A DNA stretch of 29,531 nucleotides from positions 1 to 29,531 of the forward strand of contig CAZHZZ010000001.1 in the NCBI GenBank assembly GCA_964537585.1, read 5' to 3'. The notes beneath the pieces are model-generated. The model ran no database searches and was not told where the DNA came from. It saw nothing but the letters and a program-made list of their open reading frames with translations. The position numbers and the translations under genes are program-made. This DNA comes from an uncultured Gammaproteobacteria bacterium. GTDB taxonomy: Bacteria; Patescibacteriota; Microgenomatia; UBA12405; UBA6130. Positions 24,650 through 29,531 of this stretch are shown here, in pieces. Numbering within the stretch: position 1 is the first letter of the stretch; every line of letters begins with the position of its first letter.

Positions 24650-24882
24650 AAAAGCTATTAGATTTCCTAATCATATCTATCTTGGGGAAAAAGGCAAAAT
24701 TTTCTATTGAAGAAAAAAAGGTTGATGAAGTAACCGTTTTTAACGTAAAAGTTCAAGAGGGTAACGCCGGGCAAATCATTGGTAAAGAAGGAAGAACCAT
24801 AAAAGCAATCAAGACTCTTCTGGCAGTTAAATCAAAAGGAGAAGTCCCATTTGCGGTGACCGTGGGAGCCGTAGAAGCGTAA
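24646..24882 (+). CDS. KH-domain RNA-binding protein (KhpA-like)
   Basis: GQIIGKEGRTIKAI GxxG loop; canonical position after rpsP with ATGA overlap. Confidence 0.88.
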   Translation: MKKLLDFLIISILGKKAKFSIEEKKVDEVTVFNVKVQEGNAGQIIGKEGRTIKAIKTLLAVKSKGEVPFAVTVGAVEA

Positions 24883-24900
24883 AGCGAAAATCTTTTCTTG

Positions 24901-25698
24901 TTAGGGTAATAAAAAAGGGTTTTCTCTCTCTTTTTCAGAAGTAGCCGGATGGAAAGACGATCCCTGGTACAGCTTTAAGCGCTGATAAAAATTACTACCC
25001 CTATCGTAATAGTCCTGAAGAAAAGAAACTGTTTTTATTTCCTCTTTGGTTAACTGTAAATTTTTCAAAGAAGATTTTTTGAAATCTATCTTTTTTTCTA
25101 AGAAGGGATAAAAATAAATCTTTAGCTTCATTTGGACCTTAACAAGACTGCTGTTCCCTTGTGAAGAAAATGAGATATCACTAACCGACATTAACGGCAA
25201 ACTCTTGTTAAAGTCATCAATAAGACTGCCCAGCTGTTTTTCTCTCCCTAAAACGGAAAGATTGACTACAATGGAATTAGGTTTGTTGATGCTATTTGAT
25301 CGATCAGCCGCTTCCCCGACCACCTCCCCCATGTCAAAACTCATCTTTTCAATTACAAATCCATGTCTTCTGATCGGATCCTGAACCGCAAAAATAATCA
25401 GATAAATATCCTTCTTTGCCGGAAAGGCAAACTCCACCAGCTTGGCTGTTTTCTCCACCTCCTGCCAATCCCAGCCGGAAAACAAACCGGCATTTCTCTC
25501 TAGGCGAGCACTTTCCGTTTTCATCTGGGCTATTTTATGCCATCTGGCAACAATTGCTTTTGTTTTGGGCAAAAGGATCAAAAAAAACATTACCAACAAA
25601 AACGCCAAAATTAATCCGGAATACAAAATACTTCTGCCGAAGGGATTTTTTAACAAATAATCTTTAGACCAATAACGAGAGCGGTTGACACTTATCAT
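24901..25698 (-). CDS. Type IV pilus alignment protein, PilO-like (265 aa)
   Basis: N-terminal TM, coiled coil, beta-rich periplasmic domain; third gene after pilM-pilN with ATGA overlap. Confidence 0.65.
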   Translation of the reverse strand: MISVNRSRYWSKDYLLKNPFGRSILYSGLILAFLLVMFFLILLPKTKAIVARWHKIAQMKTESARLERNAGLFSGWDWQEVEKTAKLVEFAFPAKKDIYLIIFAVQDPIRRHGFVIEKMSFDMGEVVGEAADRSNSINKPNSIVVNLSVLGREKQLGSLIDDFNKSLPLMSVSDISFSSQGNSSLVKVQMKLKIYFYPFLEKKIDFKKSSLKNLQLTKEEIKTVSFLQDYYDRGSNFYQRLKLYQGSSFHPATSEKERENPFLLP

Positions 25699-26240
25699 TG
25701 AGAGGGGATAATTTTTAAGCTTAGCTGAACCGCCCCTTGGTCATTCATAGATATCGACTGGGCATCAATCAATTCATATTTCATCGTCCCGCCCGCCTGA
25801 TTTAACCGGCCAACGTTTTTCTCAAGCTTTGCTAAAGATCTTAGTCCGGGCATTTCCACAACAACCATTGCCGCTCCTGACTTATAATTAAAACTTGTTA
25901 TTTTCGTCTCTTTACCCAAAAGGGAATACAAATCGACGACCTCAAAGGGTAAGCTATCTTGACCGGTAATTATTTCGGAGGCATGCTTAATACGCGTTCT
26001 TGAGCGTGCCAGAAGGTTAAGCTTGGGCAAAAACTCTGCCAACCGGTTCTCATTAACAGCTATTTGCAGAGAAACGCTCTGCGTTCTCGTGAATAAATAC
26101 CTATCAACGGCTAAAACGGCCCCCGCCCAAATAACAAAAATCACTAAAAAAAGAACGGCCATAATCCTCAATCGGCGGGCAAAATTTAATCTTGATAGGC
26201 CAAATCTGGCCTTACCGGGCAAAAGATTAACTTTGGTCAT
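25695..26240 (-). CDS. pilN: Type IV pilus alignment protein PilN-like (181 aa)
   Basis: N-terminal VNLLP motif, single TM, coiled coil; TAATG overlap with pilM. Confidence 0.75.
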   Translation of the reverse strand: MTKVNLLPGKARFGLSRLNFARRLRIMAVLFLVIFVIWAGAVLAVDRYLFTRTQSVSLQIAVNENRLAEFLPKLNLLARSRTRIKHASEIITGQDSLPFEVVDLYSLLGKETKITSFNYKSGAAMVVVEMPGLRSLAKLEKNVGRLNQAGGTMKYELIDAQSISMNDQGAVQLSLKIIPSQ

Positions 26241-27250
26241 TATAAATTTCTCTGAGCCAAACCAATAACAGTCGAGTATCGTAGTTTTTCTTTTTTAAGA
26301 TCAATGGTTGTTTTTATTTTCGTAATATCCAAATTTGCTAAAGAATCCGCCCATTGCACCTCAACTCCCATTACCGCCAAAATTTCTTCAGACAACCCCG
26401 GCATCATCGCTCCACCCCCGGACAAAATAATCAGATCGACCCCCTCCTTCCACTCCTCCTTAAAGGCAATTATCGTTTTTCTTGTCTCGCTAATCAAATT
26501 ATTGAGCACCTCCAAAAGAGCGCTTCTTATCTTGTCCTTCCACTCTCCCTTTTTTAAACCATAAGCCTTTTTGTATTCTTCAGCTTTAAAAACATCCATC
26601 CCCAAAGACAACCTTACCGAACGGGTAAATGCTTCTCCTCCCAAAGGCAAAATCCGTGTCATGTAAACATTGCCTTGCTTGGCAATGGCGGCAATCGTAT
26701 TGCTGCTGCCCATTTCCAAAATTAATGTTGGCGTTTCCCTCAGGGGAACCAAGCTTCTGGCCAAAGCTATGGCTGTGTTTTCCAAGGCAACCGGAACTAA
26801 GCCGGCTTTGTCCAAAACCGCCTCTATACTCCGCACTGCCTCCGTTTTGGCGGCCACCACAAACACATCCTGCCGACCATCACTATTTTTGTTAATCACT
26901 CGATAATCAATCTGAACGTCCTTGAGGGGATAGGGGATAAAGGTCTCGGCTTCATAACGAAGGGCGCGAGCAATTTCCGATTCCTTCATTGGTGGCATAG
27001 AAATCATCCGACTTACTACCCTTGACTCAGAAAGACCCGCTACCACCAACTTCGGCTTTATCTGCAAATCACCAACCAGTTTCCTAATGGTGCCGGCAAT
27101 CGCCTCCCGTTGTTTATCAGAGTGCCAAAAATCACCATTGGTGGGGTTAACTGCTTCTCCTAAAGCCAGAAGAAACTCTTTTTTGCCTTTTTTTTTAATC
27201 CAGGCCACCTTTATGCTATGATGACCAATATCCAGTCCCAAGTAATCCAT
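26240..27250 (-). CDS. pilM: Type IV pilus assembly protein PilM (actin/FtsA-like)
   Basis: LGLDIGHHSIK, YEAETFIPYPL..VQIDY, VFVVAAK, IILSGGGA, YSTVIGLA; ATG 27250 preferred. Confidence 0.92.
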   Translation of the reverse strand: MDYLGLDIGHHSIKVAWIKKKGKKEFLLALGEAVNPTNGDFWHSDKQREAIAGTIRKLVGDLQIKPKLVVAGLSESRVVSRMISMPPMKESEIARALRYEAETFIPYPLKDVQIDYRVINKNSDGRQDVFVVAAKTEAVRSIEAVLDKAGLVPVALENTAIALARSLVPLRETPTLILEMGSSNTIAAIAKQGNVYMTRILPLGGEAFTRSVRLSLGMDVFKAEEYKKAYGLKKGEWKDKIRSALLEVLNNLISETRKTIIAFKEEWKEGVDLIILSGGGAMMPGLSEEILAVMGVEVQWADSLANLDITKIKTTIDLKKEKLRYSTVIGLAQRNL

Positions 27251-27301
27251 CTTGTTATAATTAAACCACAAACAAGCTCATTGTGCCAATAATTATCCTC
27301 A

Positions 27302-27844
27302 TCAAATCTTTTGTTTTAAGGTCACCGTAGTAGAAAAATGCTGTTTATTATTCCCCAAGGCGGTGCTCAATTCTTTGCCTACCGTCACCGTATTATTAAT
27401 CTCTAAATCAAAATCAATGGTAATAACCGGATATCCGGCCGAAGAAGGTTGACAACTAACTGTAAAAGAAGAACAAGCTACCGAGTCAGGTGTCAATAGG
27501 GCAGGAGTCAATAGGGCAGAAGAAGAGGCAATTCGATTATTATTATCACACTGAAACGTGGTTGTCTCTCCATCAAGGCCAACTATATCGATTGAAACGC
27601 CATTATAGCCACCAGAGGCGCAATTATCCGCCGCCGGCTGACTGGCATATCTTTTAAGATAATCTTCGATCGTTAAAATCGCCCCATTGCCCGACTCTCT
27701 CAATTCCTTGGTTGTCAATACCTTAGAGCGACTGCGCATAGTGGTAAAAAGAATTCCCCCCGCCACCGTAGAAAGAATCGCAAAAAGACTAACCGCCACC
27801 AAACTTTCTATCAATCCTAATCCTAAGCTTCTTTTGTCTTTCAT
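27302..27844 (-). CDS. Minor type IV pilin-like protein (180 aa)
   Basis: Class III signal SLG|LGLIESLVAV with Glu at +5. Confidence 0.85.
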   Translation of the reverse strand: MKDKRSLGLGLIESLVAVSLFAILSTVAGGILFTTMRSRSKVLTTKELRESGNGAILTIEDYLKRYASQPAADNCASGGYNGVSIDIVGLDGETTTFQCDNNNRIASSSALLTPALLTPDSVACSSFTVSCQPSSAGYPVITIDFDLEINNTVTVGKELSTALGNNKQHFSTTVTLKQKI

Positions 27845-28266
27845 TGCTCCCAGTTGGTCAAAACAATAGATAGCTTCGCCACCTCTTGATCATCGCTGCC
27901 CCAATAAACATAAACGGTAGCTGTTACTTGTTTTTTAGGAAGATTTTCATCATTATAATTTTCATAACAAGTCTTCTTTTTAAACTGAGGATAATTAATT
28001 AGCATTGATGTCATGTCCTCGCACGACTGACCTGCCGTGCCCTTACCACTCCACCAATTAGTGCCATCTTTACTTCTTTGTTTTTTAATATTTTCCAGCT
28101 CCTGTTTGGCAATCTGGATACCAATGCTTTTGTTACGGCTAAACCGGGCCGCCTTAATCGTAAAAATCATCGCCGCTGTCAAACCCGACAAAAGTAAAAA
28201 AATCAGCAAGATGGCAAAAACCACTTCAATAATGGACAAGCCTTGGTTGGATTTCTTCTTGGTCAT
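27841..28266 (-). CDS. Minor type IV pilin-like protein (141 aa)
   Basis: NQG|LSIIEVVFAI, Glu at +5; ATG 28266 in ATGA overlap. Confidence 0.85.
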   Translation of the reverse strand: MTKKKSNQGLSIIEVVFAILLIFLLLSGLTAAMIFTIKAARFSRNKSIGIQIAKQELENIKKQRSKDGTNWWSGKGTAGQSCEDMTSMLINYPQFKKKTCYENYNDENLPKKQVTATVYVYWGSDDQEVAKLSIVLTNWEQ

Positions 28267-28763
28267 AAACAAGCAGTAAAAGAAATATTAATATCGCCAC
28301 TAACCAAGATGGTTACCTGCCGGCAAACAGAGTTGGCTTTCAGTGTAAAAACAATACCATTATTACTGACATCCAGCAGATTGCCCCTCAAGGCCTCAAA
28401 AGAAAACACATTATCATTGCTATCGTCTATGCTGATAGAGTCTAATAAAACAAGCTGATTGTTCTCCAAAGTGGTTGATCCAGCGCCACCAGAATCGCAA
28501 ATTTCCTGATACTGCAATTTATTTCCCGATAACAATGTTATTTGATATTTTCGCAAATTTTGGCAAGCCTTCGACCGTTCCCCGTTAACCGCCTTGCTTT
28601 TTATCAAAGTCAACTGAGACTTAAGCTCCTCGGCGGCCAGGTCCACCTGACGGCGGTCCGTAAACGTTCGGTAACCACTCAGAGAAAATCCCAGCACCAA
28701 CAAACTGATCGATACGGAAAGCAACAGTTCAATGAGGGTAAAGCCCTCTTCTTTTATAATCAC
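28263..28763 (-). CDS. Minor pilin, GspH/FimT-like (166 aa)
   Basis: EEG|FTLIELLLSV; AAEELKSQLTLIKSKA helix; GTG start in GTGA overlap. Confidence 0.87.
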   Translation of the reverse strand: MIIKEEGFTLIELLLSVSISLLVLGFSLSGYRTFTDRRQVDLAAEELKSQLTLIKSKAVNGERSKACQNLRKYQITLLSGNKLQYQEICDSGGAGSTTLENNQLVLLDSISIDDSNDNVFSFEALRGNLLDVSNNGIVFTLKANSVCRQVTILVSGDINISFTACL

Positions 28764-29224
28764 GGCGAGGAAAGCTGATAATTACAGGGAGTAGGATCGC
28801 CGGAAGAAGGAATAATACACTCACCACAGGGATCCCCCTCGCCCGTTTCCAGGTAAGCGCAAAGATCGTAAGAGGTCGGTTCGTTAAAACTATAATAATA
28901 GGTATAATCATTCCCACTCTTAGGGTCTTGGGGGAGCTTATTCATATAGGTGTTGTTGCCACATTTCAGCTCCGACCCCCAGGTAACACTACAGCTATTG
29001 CAATCACCAGAACCACCCGGGTAACAACCCATATCCGAACGGATCATCTCCAGCGCCGCCCGCACCTGTTCCAGGTCGGCCTTCCGCTTGTTATCCCGCG
29101 CCCTTTTGGCCGAGGACTGGAAGGAAACCACCGCCACGCTGGAGAGCAGAAGAATAATGGAAATGGAAACTAACAGTTCGATAAAGGTAAAGCCGCCTCC
29201 GGACGGGCTGTTTTTGTTTTTCAT
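28760..29224 (-). CDS. GspG-like type IV pilin (154 aa, 8 Cys)
   Basis: GGG|FTFIELLVSI, ARDNKRKADLEQVRAALE...YP, LPQDPK. Confidence 0.9.
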   Translation of the reverse strand: MKNKNSPSGGGFTFIELLVSISIILLLSSVAVVSFQSSAKRARDNKRKADLEQVRAALEMIRSDMGCYPGGSGDCNSCSVTWGSELKCGNNTYMNKLPQDPKSGNDYTYYYSFNEPTSYDLCAYLETGEGDPCGECIIPSSGDPTPCNYQLSSP

Positions 29225-29531
29225 TGCAAATTACTTAAGCAAAAATAATCTTTGGTTGTTTCCGTGTCGGGATAAGGACTAGTCTGGGTACAGTCCGAAT
29301 AGGCATTGCCGCTCCCCGGCACCTCCAGATGCGCCCTGTAGGTATAAGTAGCGGTACTACAATTACTCCCTTCATAAGAATATGAAATATCATTTTTGGG
29401 ATCCACGGGGAAATTACTCATAAAAGTTTCTCCGCTATCTTCATATTGTAAACTGCCATTTATATAACAATTCAACGGATATTGATTAGCGGCCGAGTAG
29501 TACTGCTCCAGGGCAACTTGAATGGCCTTTA
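29221..29531 (-). CDS. GspG-like type IV pilin, 5'-truncated by the window edge
   Basis: Frame stays open beyond track start 29475: KAIQVALEQYYSAANQYP...FPVDPKN; ATGA overlap with the next pilin. Confidence 0.85.
   Translation of the reverse strand, partial: KAIQVALEQYYSAANQYPLNCYINGSLQYEDSGETFMSNFPVDPKNDISYSYEGSNCSTATYTYRAHLEVPGSGNAYSDCTQTSPYPDTETTKDYFCLSNLQ

Noticed and set aside
14041-24900. Intrinsic terminators after rplT, pheT, recG and the KH gene
   Set aside because: No convincing GC-rich stem with U-tract found by eye in these spacers.
108-29282. Remaining short overlapping or antisense ORFs in the track (e.g. 2536-2811, 3370-3654, 4730-5119, 13073-13327, 25416-25667, 28928-29173)
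   Set aside because: All lie within longer, motif-supported genes and have shadow-frame composition.
1-29531. Alternative genetic code (TGA = Gly or Trp) as in Gracilibacteria/Absconditabacteria
   Set aside because: Conserved genes are full-length under code 11 and TGA repeatedly serves as the stop in ATGA overlaps.

Overview
Chromosomal window from an AT-rich, compact bacterial genome using the standard code (TGA is a stop). Gene content points to Patescibacteria/CPR, most like Microgenomates (inference from truncated trigger factor, short ThrRS/PheT, CCA-less tRNAs and gene order). Left to right: (i) 1-4260, a compositionally distinct block downstream of tRNA-Gly, holding a radical SAM enzyme with a CX5CX2C motif and a convergent ~879-aa orphan that joins a degenerate PRTase-like fold to a Ser-Asp-His alpha/beta hydrolase; (ii) tRNA Val-Phe-Gly and an archaeal/eukaryote-type DRG GTPase; (iii) a cell-surface cluster: clan GH-A glycoside hydrolase, two hypothetical exported/membrane proteins, tRNA-Leu, and two lysozyme-fold paralogs flanking a SAM methyltransferase; (iv) tig, a conserved hypothetical, thrS-infC-rpmI-rplT-pheS-pheT; (v) class A PBP, a 38-aa membrane ORF, recG, rpmF (missing from the ORF track), nusB, rnc, rpsP, a KH protein; (vi) a minus-strand type IV pilus block (pilin array running off the right edge, then pilM-pilN-pilO-like). 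Best leads: the putative island and its fusion protein, a consensus promoter firing straight into a hairpin+U-tract upstream of a wall hydrolase, the bacterial DRG GTPase, strong CCGG enrichment in host DNA but not the island, and many apparently leaderless transcripts. No rRNA, CRISPR array, integrase or transposase is visible. All calls are by eye; no database searches were run.
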